Below, in pieces: positions 1 through 14,214 of a DNA stretch of 64,000 nt; positions within the stretch are counted from its first letter, which is position 1; each line of letters starts with the position of its first letter. This DNA is from Escherichia coli (GTDB lineage: Bacteria; Pseudomonadota; Gammaproteobacteria; Enterobacterales; Enterobacteriaceae): the NCBI RefSeq assembly GCF_050920415.1, contig NZ_CP169309.1. One strand, 5' to 3'. Below the pieces are notes generated by a model. It did not search any database. It was given only the letters and a program-made list of their open reading frames with translations, and was not told where the DNA came from. A program made the translations under genes and the position numbers.

Positions 1-50
1 GCAACGCGCCCGTTGGGTAAGTCCCGATCGAGGGATTCTGAGAGGTTAAT

Positions 51-464
51 ATGAACAATTTAATTATTACGACCCGACAATCGCCAGTACGTTTAATGGT
101 TGATTATGTTGCCACAACCATCTTATGGACATTATTTGCTTTGTTCATATTCTTATTCACCATGGATCTGCTGACGGGTTATTACTGGCAAAGCGAGGCC
201 AGAAGCCGACTTCAGTTCTATTTTTTGTTGGCAGTGGCGAATGCCGTCGTGTTAATTGTCTGGGCGCTGTACAATAAGCTGCGTTTTCAAAAACAGCAGC
301 ATCATGCAGCCTACCAATATACGCCGCAAGAATATGCAGAGAGCTTAGCAATACCTGATGAGCTCTATCAGCAACTACAAAAAAGCCACAGGATGAGCGT
401 ACACTTCACCAGCCAGGGGAAAATAAAAATGGTTGTTTCAGAAAAAGCGCTAGTCCGGGCATAA
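51..464 (+). CDS. pgaD: PgaD, poly-beta-1,6-N-acetylglucosamine synthesis accessory membrane protein
   Basis: 137-aa ORF with ATG at 51; hydrophobic N-terminus; translation matches recalled PgaD ([15 protein letters not shown]...); lies next to phoH as in E. coli. Confidence 0.9.
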   Translation: MNNLIITTRQSPVRLMVDYVATTILWTLFALFIFLFTMDLLTGYYWQSEARSRLQFYFLLAVANAVVLIVWALYNKLRFQKQQHHAAYQYTPQEYAESLAIPDELYQQLQKSHRMSVHFTSQGKIKMVVSEKALVRA

Positions 465-477
465 ACACCCAAAACAA

Positions 478-496
478 AGCCCGGTTTACCCGGGCT
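478..496. terminator. GC-rich hairpin between convergent pgaD and phoH
   Basis: inverted repeat agcccgg-ttta-cccgggct read directly from sequence. Confidence 0.45.
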
Positions 497-513
497 CTGC
501 GCTTATAACACAC

Positions 514-1578
514 TTAACTGTATGCATGTAGCGTACGTTGGCAAAGTGCCGAACGTACGCAATCCTCTTTACCGAATCGGATGATCCCGACCATTTCATC
601 TTCTTCGAAACGTTCCAGCGCGTCACTTAATCCGGAGCGCACGCCGCGAGGCAAATCGCATTGCGTGATATCACCGTTGACGATAACCGTCACGTTCTCC
701 CCGAGGCGGGTTAAAAACATTTTCATTTGCGCGGCAGTCACATTCTGCGCCTCGTCAAGAATGACGACTGCATTTTCAAAGGTACGTCCACGCATATAGG
801 CGAACGGCGCAATTTCCACCTTCCCTATTTCCGGTCGCAGGCAGTACTGCATAAAGGAAGCCCCTAAGCGACGGACCAGCACGTCGTAGACCGGGCGAAA
901 ATAGGGAGCAAACTTTTCTGCGATATCACCAGGTAAGAAACCAAGATCTTCATCGGCTTGCAGAACTGGACGGGTGACGATAATCCTGTCGACATCCTTA
1001 TGTATCAGGGCCTCTGCCGCTTTTGCGGCACTGATCCAGGTTTTTCCGCACCCGGCTTCGCCGGTGGCGAATATCAGCTGCTTACTCTCAATAGCCTTCA
1101 GATAGTGCAATTGCGCTTCATTTCGCGCGAGGATGGGCGAGGTATCGCGACTGTCGCGGGCCATACCAATGGCTTCTACGCCGCTCATCTGCACAAGCGA
1201 GGTGACCGATTCTTCTTCACGCTGCTTATGGCTGCGCGAATCCCGTCTCAGCACACGTTTTGCCTCGCGACGAGCTTTGATCACTGCTTTTTGTCTTCCC
1301 ATGGAGAGCACCTTGAGTTGTTTGTATTCATCACACGCGCCGTTGGCAGCGCGATTATGCGCACGAACATCAGAGGGTTGGCTTCCTTGTAAGCCATAGT
1401 TTGCTTTTGGATAAAATGCCGAAAAACGGCTACGCGCACCGTTTACGGCGTCGGTAACACATGAAAAGAAAGGATGAGGTTGAAAATGCAAAGTGACGAG
1501 ATGACTACCGGAGGAGAAATCTCCGCGAGTGGTGGAGCGTTGCTTAACAAAACATTGTCCAGTACAGGACGTTACCAT
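514..1578 (-). CDS. phoH: PhoH, phosphate-starvation-inducible ATPase
   Basis: 354-aa ORF with Walker A motif GEAGCGKT; matches recalled PhoH. Confidence 0.93.
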   Translation of the reverse strand: MVTSCTGQCFVKQRSTTRGDFSSGSHLVTLHFQPHPFFSCVTDAVNGARSRFSAFYPKANYGLQGSQPSDVRAHNRAANGACDEYKQLKVLSMGRQKAVIKARREAKRVLRRDSRSHKQREEESVTSLVQMSGVEAIGMARDSRDTSPILARNEAQLHYLKAIESKQLIFATGEAGCGKTWISAAKAAEALIHKDVDRIIVTRPVLQADEDLGFLPGDIAEKFAPYFRPVYDVLVRRLGASFMQYCLRPEIGKVEIAPFAYMRGRTFENAVVILDEAQNVTAAQMKMFLTRLGENVTVIVNGDITQCDLPRGVRSGLSDALERFEEDEMVGIIRFGKEDCVRSALCQRTLHAYS

Positions 1579-1726
1579 CCGCGATCTCCATAGTGACTGA
1601 CTATCACTGCCGGGAACTTCCGCTGCTACTTAATAATTACAACAGATCTCGCATTCATTGCAACAATATATTCACTTATATTTAACTATAAAACACCATT
1701 TCAGTGACATTAGTTTCTACTGGAAA

Positions 1727-1745
1727 GATGACAGAGTGATGACAG
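1727..1745 (-). promoter_or_regulatory. Pho box (PhoB binding site) upstream of phoH
   Basis: minus-strand CTGTCATCACTCTGTCATC: two CTGTCAT direct repeats spaced as in the Pho box consensus. Confidence 0.6.
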
Positions 1746-1780
1746 TGATGAAAAAAGCTGTGTGCTTTCAGCAGGATTCG

Positions 1781-2043
1781 CGTCAGGCATCAACGCACGA
1801 ATGCCGGATGCGGCGTGACCGCCTTATTCAGCCTACCGAACCCGCACCGATTGTAGGCATGATAAGACGCGCAAGCGTCGCATCAGGCATCAACGCACGA
1901 ACGCCGGATGCGGCGTGAACGCCTTATCCTGCCTACCGAACCCGCACCGATTGTAGGCATGATAAGACGCGCAAACGTCGCATCAGGCATCAGCGCACGA
2001 ACGCACGAACGCCTGGTGCGGCGTAAATGCCTTATCCGCCTCT
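1781..2043. repeat. BIME/REP tandem array, about 2.6 copies of a 100-bp unit
   Basis: unit beginning catcaggcatcaacgcacgaa... recurs at 1781, 1881 and 1981; each contains REP-like palindromes (gccggatgcggcgtgaacgcc, gtaggcatgataagacgcgc). Confidence 0.8.
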
Positions 2044-2048
2044 AAAAA

Positions 2049-3320
2049 TTAAACTCGCAATAATGCGCTTCCAAGATAATCGCTCGCGTCCTTCACCCCC
2101 GGCAGCGCAAAAAAATAACCGCCGCCGATGGGTTTAACGTATTCCTCCAGCGCTTCACCATTGAGCCTTTTTTGTACTGTCAGGAAGCCCTTTTCCAGAT
2201 CGTGTTGGTAGCAGACAAACAGCAACCCCATATCCAGTTGCCCGGAGTTGGTAACACCCAACGAATAACTGTAGCCACGACGCAGCATCAGACTAGACTC
2301 GCTCTCCGTCGTGCGGGGATTCGCCAGCCGGATATGGCTGTCCAGCGCGATCACCTTCCCTTCCGGATCACTGGCGTAATCGGGAACATCATGCTCATGC
2401 TGCATTCCCAGCGGCGCACCGGTTTGCTTATCGCGACCAAAAATTGTCTGCTGTTCTTTCAGCGGCGTTCTGTCCCAAAATTCCACTCGAAACTGAATCA
2501 AACGCACCGCCTGGTAGCTGCCGCCGATAGCCCACGCAGGCTCCAGCTGATCTGCCGTCACCCACACTACTTTTTGCATCACTTTCGCATTTTGGCTGTC
2601 AGGATTAGCAGTGCCGTCTTTGAAGCCCAACAAATTAATCGGCGTCTCTTTGCCTTTACTGCGCGCCGCGTGATCGGAAATAAACCCTTCCCGCTTCCAG
2701 CGCACGCTGAGCAAATCCGGCGTGTGTTTGATGATATCGCGCAGCGCATGGATCACCGTGTCCTGGGTGTTGGCGCAAATCTGTAGCAACACATCACCAT
2801 GACATAACGCCGCATCAAGCGAGTCGTTAGGGAAACGTGTCATCTTCTGCAACTTTTTCGGCATCTGCTGCGCAAGGCCAAAACGCTCATCAAACAATGA
2901 GTAGCCCACCGATAACGTGATGGTGAGATTATCGGGCGCAATGTAGCCGCCAAGAATGCCGGAATCGCGTGGCGGCAGGCGTGGATTTGGCGTTTCTGGT
3001 GCTGCTCCGCCCTGAGTCAGAAAAGCAAAACGCTGAGTCAACAAGCGAAACAATCGCTCAAGATCAGCTTTATCGCTGGCAAGCACATCAAACGCCACCA
3101 GCATCATTGCCGCCTGCTGCGGCGTCAGAATACCCGCCTGATGTTCGCCATAAAACGGCTGCGCTTCACTGCGCGCATCCGGTGAAAGCGTCCCCGGCGC
3201 ACTTTGCGTTTTTTGAGCATGCGCTACCGGACAACTTCCTGCCAGTGCCAGCGCGCCAATCCCTTTCAGTAAACGTCGGCGTGACGGTTCATTCACGCCG
3301 TTTTCATCTTCATACTGCAT
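2049..3320 (-). CDS. efeB: EfeB, Tat-secreted heme (DyP-type) peroxidase of the EfeUOB iron uptake system
   Basis: 423-aa ORF; twin-arginine signal ([16 protein letters not shown]); matches recalled EfeB/YcdB. Confidence 0.93.
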   Translation of the reverse strand: MQYEDENGVNEPSRRRLLKGIGALALAGSCPVAHAQKTQSAPGTLSPDARSEAQPFYGEHQAGILTPQQAAMMLVAFDVLASDKADLERLFRLLTQRFAFLTQGGAAPETPNPRLPPRDSGILGGYIAPDNLTITLSVGYSLFDERFGLAQQMPKKLQKMTRFPNDSLDAALCHGDVLLQICANTQDTVIHALRDIIKHTPDLLSVRWKREGFISDHAARSKGKETPINLLGFKDGTANPDSQNAKVMQKVVWVTADQLEPAWAIGGSYQAVRLIQFRVEFWDRTPLKEQQTIFGRDKQTGAPLGMQHEHDVPDYASDPEGKVIALDSHIRLANPRTTESESSLMLRRGYSYSLGVTNSGQLDMGLLFVCYQHDLEKGFLTVQKRLNGEALEEYVKPIGGGYFFALPGVKDASDYLGSALLRV

Positions 3321-3325
3321 TACGC

Positions 3326-4453
3326 TTAATCCAGTCCCAGCACACCACGAAGTTGCGCCAGATCTTCCGCCAGCGCAGTAATCGGCCCTTTCAGCGCATT
3401 ACGGTCGGCATCGGTCAGCTTGTCGTAGGTTTCAAAACCGTCTTTAGTACGATATTTCGCCAGAATGGTATCGACCTTTTTGAAGTTAGCATCGACTTTT
3501 GCCAGCAGTTCCGGGTTGGCTTTTTGTAGTTGTGGACGCAGCAGATCGACAATTTTCTGCGAGCCTTCAACGTTAGCCTGGAAGTCCCACAGATCGGTGT
3601 GGCTGTAGCGATCTTCTTCACCGCTGATTTTGCTGGCTGCTACTTCCTCAATCAGTCCGGCTGCGCCGCCGACCACTTTTGAAGGTGGGAAAGCCAGTTC
3701 ACTGATGCGTTTTTGCAAATCGACCACATCGGTATAAAGCTGGTCAGCGTACTGATCCATCCCTTTGGTGGTGTTATCGCCAAACAATGCTTTTTCCAGA
3801 CGGTGGAAACCGGTGAATTTCGGATCGGCGGCTTTTTGCTCGTAATCATCTTCACGGGCGTCAATGCTGCCATCCAGATCGGAGAAAAGTTCAGCAATCG
3901 GTTCAATGCGCTCATAGTGCTGGCGCGTCGGCGCATACAGTGCTTTCGCTTTTTCGATATCGCCTGCTTTAATAGCGTCGGTAAAGGCTTTGGTGTCGGT
4001 CACCAGTTGCGTGGTTTCCGCCATGACATACGCTTTATATGCAGTAATTGCACCACCAAGACTTAACAGCGCATCACTTTGCGCCGCATCCGCCGTTGCC
4101 TCACCTTTGACGATCAACTTCCCTTTCGGGTTAGTCAGCAGACCGCAGGTCATATCGTATTCGCCAGGCTGTAAATTCGCCGTCATTTTCTGGCTAAAAC
4201 CAGGGGCGATATTTTCCCGCTCTTCCACCACCATCACGCCTTTGAGGATCTCCCACTCCAGCGCCTTCTGGCTGTGGTTCTGAATAATGAACTGTGTTTT
4301 CCCGGCGTTAACCGTAATGGTCATCGGTTCGCACTGTTTATCTGTCACAGTGACTTTGACCTGCGGAATATCAGCGGCGTTAGCCATAAAAGCAGAAGAG
4401 AACAGCGCAGCCACGCTCAACTGCAATGCGTTACGGCGGAAGTTAATGGTCAT
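3326..4453 (-). CDS. efeO: EfeO, periplasmic iron-binding component
   Basis: 375-aa ORF with signal peptide, 5 bp downstream of efeB start region; matches recalled EfeO/YcdO. Confidence 0.93.
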   Translation of the reverse strand: MTINFRRNALQLSVAALFSSAFMANAADIPQVKVTVTDKQCEPMTITVNAGKTQFIIQNHSQKALEWEILKGVMVVEERENIAPGFSQKMTANLQPGEYDMTCGLLTNPKGKLIVKGEATADAAQSDALLSLGGAITAYKAYVMAETTQLVTDTKAFTDAIKAGDIEKAKALYAPTRQHYERIEPIAELFSDLDGSIDAREDDYEQKAADPKFTGFHRLEKALFGDNTTKGMDQYADQLYTDVVDLQKRISELAFPPSKVVGGAAGLIEEVAASKISGEEDRYSHTDLWDFQANVEGSQKIVDLLRPQLQKANPELLAKVDANFKKVDTILAKYRTKDGFETYDKLTDADRNALKGPITALAEDLAQLRGVLGLD

Positions 4454-4510
4454 GACGAGACTATCCCTTTAAAGTATGTTGTAACTAAGCAAGAGTTTGC
4501 GTCATTTTCG

Positions 4511-5341
4511 TTACGCGGAGCGAGACGCTGTCGCCCCTGCGCGCGGCGGCAGAGCAAATGCCACCAGCGCCGGGATGAGATAAATAAACCAGACGGCGAC
4601 TTCGCTGACGCTCGGCGCTTCCTGATAACCAAAGATACCTTCCATCAGCGTACCGAACAGCGAGTGAGTTGAGAGCACCGCGCTCATATCGAAGGCGATT
4701 TCCTGAAAGTGGTTCCACAGCCCGGCTTCATGAAACGCGCGAATAGCACCAGCAGCCAGCCCTGCGGCGACGAAGAGAATAAACAGGCTGGTCCATTTAA
4801 AAAACGCGCCAAGATTGAGGCGAATACCGCCCCAGTAGAGCAGGAAGCCGAGCACCACGGCTGTAGCAAGACCGAGCATTGCACCCAGCGGAGGCCAGAT
4901 ACCGACATCTTGTTGAAACGCCGCCAGCAGGAAAAAGACCGACTCCAGTCCTTCCCTTGCAACGGCAAAAAAGACCATCATCACCAGCGCCCAGCCATGA
5001 TGATTCCCACGCTGCAATGCGCTATCGACTGCCTGTTCCAGTTGCACTTTGACGTTGCGCGACACTTTACGCATCCAGAAAACCATCCAGGTGAGGATCA
5101 CCACGGCAATCACCGCCACGATACCTTCGAACAATTCCTGCTCTTTTTGCGGAAATTCGCCGGTAGTTTCATTAATGAATATACCCAGCCCCAGGCACAA
5201 CGCAGCGGCTAGCAACACGCCAATCCACATGACACCAATCCATCGACCTCGCTGGGTACGCTTAAGATAGCTGGCAATCAGGCTGACAATCAGCGCGGCT
5301 TCAAGTCCTTCGCGCAACATAATGAGAAACGGAACAAACAT
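4511..5341 (-). CDS. efeU: EfeU, ferrous iron permease (FTR1 family), apparently intact
   Basis: continuous 276-codon frame from MFVPFLIMLREGLEAAL; REGLE motifs present; no frameshift visible (K-12 carries a frameshifted copy). Confidence 0.88.
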   Translation of the reverse strand: MFVPFLIMLREGLEAALIVSLIASYLKRTQRGRWIGVMWIGVLLAAALCLGLGIFINETTGEFPQKEQELFEGIVAVIAVVILTWMVFWMRKVSRNVKVQLEQAVDSALQRGNHHGWALVMMVFFAVAREGLESVFFLLAAFQQDVGIWPPLGAMLGLATAVVLGFLLYWGGIRLNLGAFFKWTSLFILFVAAGLAAGAIRAFHEAGLWNHFQEIAFDMSAVLSTHSLFGTLMEGIFGYQEAPSVSEVAVWFIYLIPALVAFALPPRAGATASRSA

Positions 5342-5394
5342 GCCACCCACCCTTAAACGTTTTTCTGAGTCAATCTATGCAAAGAAAAGTAAAT

Positions 5395-5460
5395 CGCAGT
5401 GATAGCGATTATCATTACGGTGAAGAAAAACACAAGCGGAATGTAGTGATAATGATGAGG
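5395..5460 (-). promoter_or_regulatory. putative Fur boxes in efeU promoter region
   Basis: gatagcgattatcattac and gtgataatgatgagg resemble the GATAATGATAATCATTATC Fur consensus; efeUOB is known to be Fur-regulated. Confidence 0.4.
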
Positions 5461-5490
5461 AAATGTAAATTTTTTTTGAGAGAAAATGCA

Positions 5491-5513
5491 GAGGGCAATC
5501 ACTGATTGCCCTC
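5491..5513 (-). terminator. hairpin downstream of putP
   Basis: gagggcaat-cactg-attgccctc stem-loop followed by a U-rich stretch on the minus-strand transcript. Confidence 0.5.
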
Positions 5514-5560
5514 TGCCTGCTTCTGATTATGACGTGGGATTTTCGGTAAAACGCCTTCCC

Positions 5561-7069
<1,509 letters not shown>

Positions 7070-7257
7070 CTAAAGTCTCCAAAAAATTATTATCGGCAAT
7101 GTCGAAACTTGCCGTTATATCTGCCACCGGAACGGGGTAACAGAGTTTATGTTTTCCCAGGGCGACCGTATCCTGCCGGAAGCGCTGGTTATTCACAATC
7201 GATTTAACACACCATTTACATTAAATTTTAGTGCTCAGCGATACTATTTTTCATCAG

Positions 7258-7465
7258 GTTGCACTCCCTCACATTTTTTGCGGTTGCACCTTTCAAAAAT
7301 GTTAACTGCCGCAGAGAAAAAGTCTGAGTTATTTTTTTAATCCCTGTCATATCGATTTCTTTTATTAACATTTCATTCATTTTTAAGCTTGCTACGCAGG
7401 TCACATTTAACATGGTTGCACAAAGTTGCAACATCATGGATATTTCACGATAACGTTAAGTTGCA
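7258..7465. promoter_or_regulatory. put control region with five PutA operator motifs (GTTGCA)
   Basis: GTTGCA at 7258, 7283, 7415, 7425 and 7460 in the putP-putA intergenic region. Confidence 0.75.
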
Positions 7466-7491
7466 CCTTTCAGAACAACAGGAGTAATGGC

Positions 7492-10400
7492 ATGGGAACC
7501 ACCACCATGGGGGTTAAGCTGGACGACGCGACGCGTGAACGCATTAAGTCTGCCGCGACACGTATCGATCGCACACCGCACTGGTTAATTAAGCAGGCGA
7601 TTTTTTCTTATCTTGAACAACTGGAAAACAGCGATACTCTGCCAGAGCTACCTGCGCTGCTTTCTGGCGCGGCCAATGAGAGCGATGAAGTACCGAATCC
7701 GGCAGAGGAACCACACCAGCCATTCCTCGACTTTGCCGAGCAAATTTTGCCACAGTCGGTTTCCCGTGCGGCTATCACCGCCGCCTATCGCCGCCCGGAA
7801 ACCGAAGCGGTTTCTATGCTGCTGGAACAAGCTCGCCTGCCGCAGCCGGTTGCTGAACAGGCTCATAAACTGGCGTATCAACTGGCCGATAAACTGCGTA
7901 ATCAAAAAAATGCCAGTGGTCGCGCAGGCATGGTTCAGGGATTATTGCAGGAGTTTTCGCTGTCATCGCAGGAAGGCGTGGCGCTGATGTGTCTGGCGGA
8001 AGCGCTATTGCGTATTCCCGACAAAGCCACCCGTGATGCGTTAATACGCGACAAAATCAGCAACGGTAACTGGCAGTCACATATTGGTCGTAGCCCGTCG
8101 CTGTTTGTTAATGCCGCCACCTGGGGGCTTCTCTTTACCGGCAAACTGGTTTCTACCCATAACGAAGCCAGCCTCTCTCGTTCGCTGAATCGCATTATCG
8201 GTAAGAGTGGCGAACCGCTGATCCGCAAAGGTGTGGATATGGCGATGCGTCTGATGGGCGAGCAGTTCGTCACTGGTGAAACCATCGCGGAAGCGTTAGC
8301 CAATGCCCGCAAGCTGGAAGAGAAAGGTTTCCGTTACTCCTACGATATGCTGGGCGAAGCCGCACTGACCGCAGCGGACGCGCAGGCATATATGGTTTCC
8401 TATCAGCAGGCGATTCACGCTATTGGTAAAGCCTCCAATGGTCGTGGCATCTATGAAGGTCCAGGCATTTCAATCAAGCTATCGGCGCTGCATCCGCGCT
8501 ACAGCCGCGCCCAGTACGATCGGGTAATGGAAGAGCTTTACCCACGTCTGAAATCATTAACCTTGCTGGCGCGTCAGTACGATATTGGTATTAACATTGA
8601 TGCCGAAGAGGCCGATCGTCTGGAGATCTCCCTCGATCTGTTGGAAAAGCTTTGTTTCGAGCCTGAACTGGCAGGCTGGAACGGCATCGGTTTTGTTATT
8701 CAGGCTTATCAAAAACGCTGCCCGCTGGTGATCGATTACCTGATTGATCTCGCCACCCGCAGCCGCCGTCGTCTGATGATTCGCCTGGTGAAAGGCGCGT
8801 ACTGGGATAGTGAAATCAAACGTGCGCAAATGGACGGCCTTGAAGGTTATCCGGTTTATACCCGCAAGGTGTATACCGATGTTTCTTATCTCGCTTGTGC
8901 GAAAAAGCTGCTGGCGGTGCCAAATCTCATTTACCCACAGTTTGCAACGCACAACGCCCACACGCTGGCGGCGATTTATCAACTGGCAGGTCAAAACTAC
9001 TATCCGGGTCAGTACGAGTTCCAGTGCCTGCATGGTATGGGCGAGCCACTGTATGAGCAGGTCACCGGGAAAGTTGCCGACGGCAAACTTAACCGTCCGT
9101 GTCGTATTTATGCTCCGGTCGGTACCCATGAAACACTGCTGGCATATCTGGTGCGTCGCCTGCTGGAAAACGGTGCTAACACCTCGTTTGTTAACCGTAT
9201 TGCTGATACCTCTTTGCCACTGGATGAACTGGTTGCCGATCCAGTCACTGCAGTAGAAAAACTGGCGCAACAGGAAGGGCAAACTGGATTACCCCATCCG
9301 AAAATTCCCCTGCCGCGCGATCTTTACGGTCACGGGCGCGACAACTCGGCAGGGCTGGATCTCGCCAATGAACACCGGCTGGCATCACTCTCCTCTGCCC
9401 TGCTCAACAGTGCACTGCAAAAATGGCAGGCCTTGCCAATGCTGGAACAACCGGTCGCGGCTGGTGAAATGTCACCCGTTATCAACCCGGCGGAACCGAA
9501 AGATATTGTGGGCTATGTGCGTGAAGCCACGCCGCGTGAAGTAGAACAGGCGCTGGAAAGTGCAGTTAATAACGCGCCAATCTGGTTTGCCACGCCTCCG
9601 GCCGAACGCGCGGCGATTTTGCATCGCGCTGCCGTACTGATGGAAAGTCAGATGCAGCAACTGATTGGTATTCTGGTACGTGAGGCCGGAAAAACCTTCA
9701 GTAACGCCATTGCCGAAGTGCGTGAAGCCGTCGATTTTCTCCACTACTACGCGGGACAGGTGCGGGATGATTTCGCTAACGAAACCCACCGTCCATTAGG
9801 GCCTGTGGTGTGTATCAGCCCGTGGAATTTCCCGCTGGCGATTTTCACCGGGCAAATCGCTGCCGCACTGGCGGCAGGTAACAGCGTACTGGCAAAACCG
9901 GCAGAACAAACGCCGCTGATTGCCGCACAAGGGATTGCCATTTTGCTGGAAGCGGGTGTACCGCCAGGCGTGGTGCAGTTGTTGCCCGGTCAGGGTGAAA
10001 CCGTAGGCGCGCAACTGACGGGTGATGATCGCGTGCGCGGGGTTATGTTTACCGGTTCAACCGAAGTCGCTACGTTACTGCAACGCAATATCGCCAGCCG
10101 CCTGGACGCTCAGGGCCGCCCAATTCCACTCATTGCGGAAACCGGCGGCATGAACGCGATGATTGTCGATTCCTCCGCCCTGACCGAACAGGTCGTCGTG
10201 GATGTACTGGCCTCGGCCTTCGACAGTGCAGGTCAGCGTTGTTCGGCGCTGCGCGTGCTGTGTCTGCAAGATGAAATTGCCGACCACACGTTAAAAATGC
10301 TGCGCGGTGCAATGGCCGAATGCCGGATGGGTAATCCGGGTCGCCTGACCACCGATATCGGTCCGGTGATTGATGGCGAAGCGAAGACCAATATTGAGCG

Positions 10401-11454
10401 CCATATTCAGACCATGCGTAGCAAAGGCCGTCCGGTGTTCCAGGCGGTGCGGGAAAACAGTGAAGATGCCCGCGAATGGCAAAGTGGCACCTTTGTCGCC
10501 CCGACGCTGATCGAACTGGATGATTTTGCCGAATTGCAAAAAGAGGTCTTTGGTCCGGTGCTGCATGTGGTGCGTTACAACCGTAACCAGTTGCCGGAAC
10601 TGATCGAACAGATTAACGCTTCCGGTTATGGTCTGACGCTTGGCGTCCATACGCGCATTGATGAAACCATTGCCCAGGTCACTGGCTCGGCCCATGTCGG
10701 TAATCTGTATGTTAACCGTAATATGGTGGGCGCAGTGGTTGGGGTGCAACCATTCGGCGGCGAAGGGTTGTCCGGCACCGGGCCGAAAGCAGGCGGCCCG
10801 CTCTATCTCTACCGTCTGCTGGCGAATCGCCCGGAAAGTGCGCTGGCGGTGACACTGGCGCGTCAGGATGCAGAGTATCCGGTCGATGCACAGTTGAAAG
10901 CCTCATTGACTCAGCCGCTAAATGCACTACGGGAATGGGCGGCAAACCGTCCAGAATTGCAGGCGTTATGTACGCAATATGGCGAGCTGGCGCAGGCAGG
11001 AACACAACGATTGCTGCCAGGGCCGACGGGTGAACGCAACACCTGGACGCTGCTGCCGCGTGAGCGCGTATTGTGTATCGCGGATGATGAACAGGATGCG
11101 CTGACTCAGCTCGCCGCCGTGCTGGCGGTGGGCAGCCAGGTACTGTGGCCGGATGACACGCTGCATCGTCAGTTAGTGAAGGCATTGCCATCGGCAGTCA
11201 GCGAACGTATTCAACTGGCGAAAGCGGAAAATATAACCGCTCAACCCTTTGATGCGGTGATCTTCCACGGTGATTCGGATCAGCTTCGCGCATTGTGTGA
11301 AGCCGTTGCCGCGCGGGATGGTGCAATTGTTTCAGTGCAGGGTTTTGCCCGTGGCGAAAGCAATATCCTGCTGGAACGGTTGTATATCGAGCGTTCGCTG
11401 AGCGTGAATACCGCTGCCGCTGGCGGTAACGCCAGTTTAATGACGATCGGTTAA
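7492..11454 (+). CDS. putA: PutA, bifunctional proline dehydrogenase / P5C dehydrogenase and transcriptional repressor
   Basis: 1320-aa frame from MGTTTMGVKLDD (ORF-track maximum starts upstream at 7426); matches recalled PutA. Confidence 0.95.
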   Translation: MGTTTMGVKLDDATRERIKSAATRIDRTPHWLIKQAIFSYLEQLENSDTLPELPALLSGAANESDEVPNPAEEPHQPFLDFAEQILPQSVSRAAITAAYRRPETEAVSMLLEQARLPQPVAEQAHKLAYQLADKLRNQKNASGRAGMVQGLLQEFSLSSQEGVALMCLAEALLRIPDKATRDALIRDKISNGNWQSHIGRSPSLFVNAATWGLLFTGKLVSTHNEASLSRSLNRIIGKSGEPLIRKGVDMAMRLMGEQFVTGETIAEALANARKLEEKGFRYSYDMLGEAALTAADAQAYMVSYQQAIHAIGKASNGRGIYEGPGISIKLSALHPRYSRAQYDRVMEELYPRLKSLTLLARQYDIGINIDAEEADRLEISLDLLEKLCFEPELAGWNGIGFVIQAYQKRCPLVIDYLIDLATRSRRRLMIRLVKGAYWDSEIKRAQMDGLEGYPVYTRKVYTDVSYLACAKKLLAVPNLIYPQFATHNAHTLAAIYQLAGQNYYPGQYEFQCLHGMGEPLYEQVTGKVADGKLNRPCRIYAPVGTHETLLAYLVRRLLENGANTSFVNRIADTSLPLDELVADPVTAVEKLAQQEGQTGLPHPKIPLPRDLYGHGRDNSAGLDLANEHRLASLSSALLNSALQKWQALPMLEQPVAAGEMSPVINPAEPKDIVGYVREATPREVEQALESAVNNAPIWFATPPAERAAILHRAAVLMESQMQQLIGILVREAGKTFSNAIAEVREAVDFLHYYAGQVRDDFANETHRPLGPVVCISPWNFPLAIFTGQIAAALAAGNSVLAKPAEQTPLIAAQGIAILLEAGVPPGVVQLLPGQGETVGAQLTGDDRVRGVMFTGSTEVATLLQRNIASRLDAQGRPIPLIAETGGMNAMIVDSSALTEQVVVDVLASAFDSAGQRCSALRVLCLQDEIADHTLKMLRGAMAECRMGNPGRLTTDIGPVIDGEAKTNIERHIQTMRSKGRPVFQAVRENSEDAREWQSGTFVAPTLIELDDFAELQKEVFGPVLHVVRYNRNQLPELIEQINASGYGLTLGVHTRIDETIAQVTGSAHVGNLYVNRNMVGAVVGVQPFGGEGLSGTGPKAGGPLYLYRLLANRPESALAVTLARQDAEYPVDAQLKASLTQPLNALREWAANRPELQALCTQYGELAQAGTQRLLPGPTGERNTWTLLPRERVLCIADDEQDALTQLAAVLAVGSQVLWPDDTLHRQLVKALPSAVSERIQLAKAENITAQPFDAVIFHGDSDQLRALCEAVAARDGAIVSVQGFARGESNILLERLYIERSLSVNTAAAGGNASLMTIG

Positions 11455-11460
11455 ATAGGT

Positions 11461-11488
11461 AGCCGGAGGATGTTACAACCTCCTCCGG
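11461..11488. terminator. hairpin between convergent putA and rutR
   Basis: ccggagga-tgttacaa-cctcctccgg inverted repeat. Confidence 0.55.
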
Positions 11489-11493
11489 CATCA

Positions 11494-12132
11494 TTAACGT
11501 GGTCGAATCCCCTCAAGAATAATCCGCTGCACGTTTTCAACCGTTTGATTGAAAAACACTTCATCGCGCAACGTGGCACCTGTCACCGCCTCCACCTGAG
11601 GGGCGAAATCGGCGTAATGTTGAGTGGAAGCCCAGATCATAAAAATCAAATGCTGCGGATCAATCGGCGCGAGTTTGCCGCTTTTAACCCAACCGGCAAT
11701 CAGCGCCGATTTCTCATCAATTAACGTTTTCAAATCGCCCGTTAGCTCATCCATTAATAACGGTGCGCCTGCCAGCATCTCCATACAGAACAGGCGCGAA
11801 GCCTGCGGATAATCGCGGGAGACTTCCAGCTTCAGACGGATGTACTCTTTAATCGCTGCCAGTGGGGCGAAATCTTCACGAAACGCCTTCAATGGTGCCA
11901 ACCAGATATCCAGAATTTGTCGCAGCACGGCAATATACAGCGCCTCTTTAGACGGGAAGTAATACAGCAGGTTGGTTTTTGAAACGCCTGCCAACTCTGC
12001 GATCTGCTCCAGCCTTGTGCCGTGAAAACCGAATTGTGAAAAAGTGTCCAGTGCTGCGCTAAGAATCGCTTTTTTCTTCGCGCTTACTGCGCGCGAACGC
12101 TTACCCGTTGTTTTCACTGCGCCTTGCGTCAT
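11494..12132 (-). CDS. rutR: RutR, TetR-family regulator of pyrimidine utilization
   Basis: 212-aa frame from MTQGAVKTTGKRSRAV; TetR-type HTH; matches recalled RutR. Confidence 0.93.
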   Translation of the reverse strand: MTQGAVKTTGKRSRAVSAKKKAILSAALDTFSQFGFHGTRLEQIAELAGVSKTNLLYYFPSKEALYIAVLRQILDIWLAPLKAFREDFAPLAAIKEYIRLKLEVSRDYPQASRLFCMEMLAGAPLLMDELTGDLKTLIDEKSALIAGWVKSGKLAPIDPQHLIFMIWASTQHYADFAPQVEAVTGATLRDEVFFNQTVENVQRIILEGIRPR

Positions 12133-12318
12133 GCGCTCTCCCCTCTTGTTGATTGGCAACAGGATAGCAAAACCCCCGCCCGGCCTCGACCTTCTGCACT
12201 CTCATCGCGCACGAATGCATGTTTTATGTGCAACTGTTTTGACCGTTTAGTCCACTTTTTTCCAGGCATTTTAGACAACTTAGCATTAACACATTAATAA
12301 CATTCACTTTTTAAAAAC

Positions 12319-12334
12319 TGGCATCCGCTTTGCA
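12319..12334 (+). promoter_or_regulatory. sigma54 (-24/-12) promoter of the rut operon
   Basis: TGGCATccgctTTGCA matches TGGCAC-N5-TTGCA about 30 bp upstream of rutA ATG; rut operon is known NtrC/sigma54-dependent. Confidence 0.75.
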
Positions 12335-12362
12335 AACAAGCCATTACGCGGCTGAAAAGGAT

Positions 12363-14203
<1,841 letters not shown>

Positions 14204-14214
14204 GGAGTTTAATG

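Noticed and set aside
1658-1918. 86-aa plus-strand ORF between phoH and efeB
   Set aside because: Lies entirely within the REP/BIME tandem array; its translation repeats with the 100-bp unit, so it is a repeat artefact.
4709-5212. 167-aa plus-strand ORF
   Set aside because: Antisense to efeU.
8557-9282. 241-aa minus-strand ORF, and other ORFs of 60-160 aa inside putA
   Set aside because: Antisense shadows within the 4-kb GC-rich putA gene.
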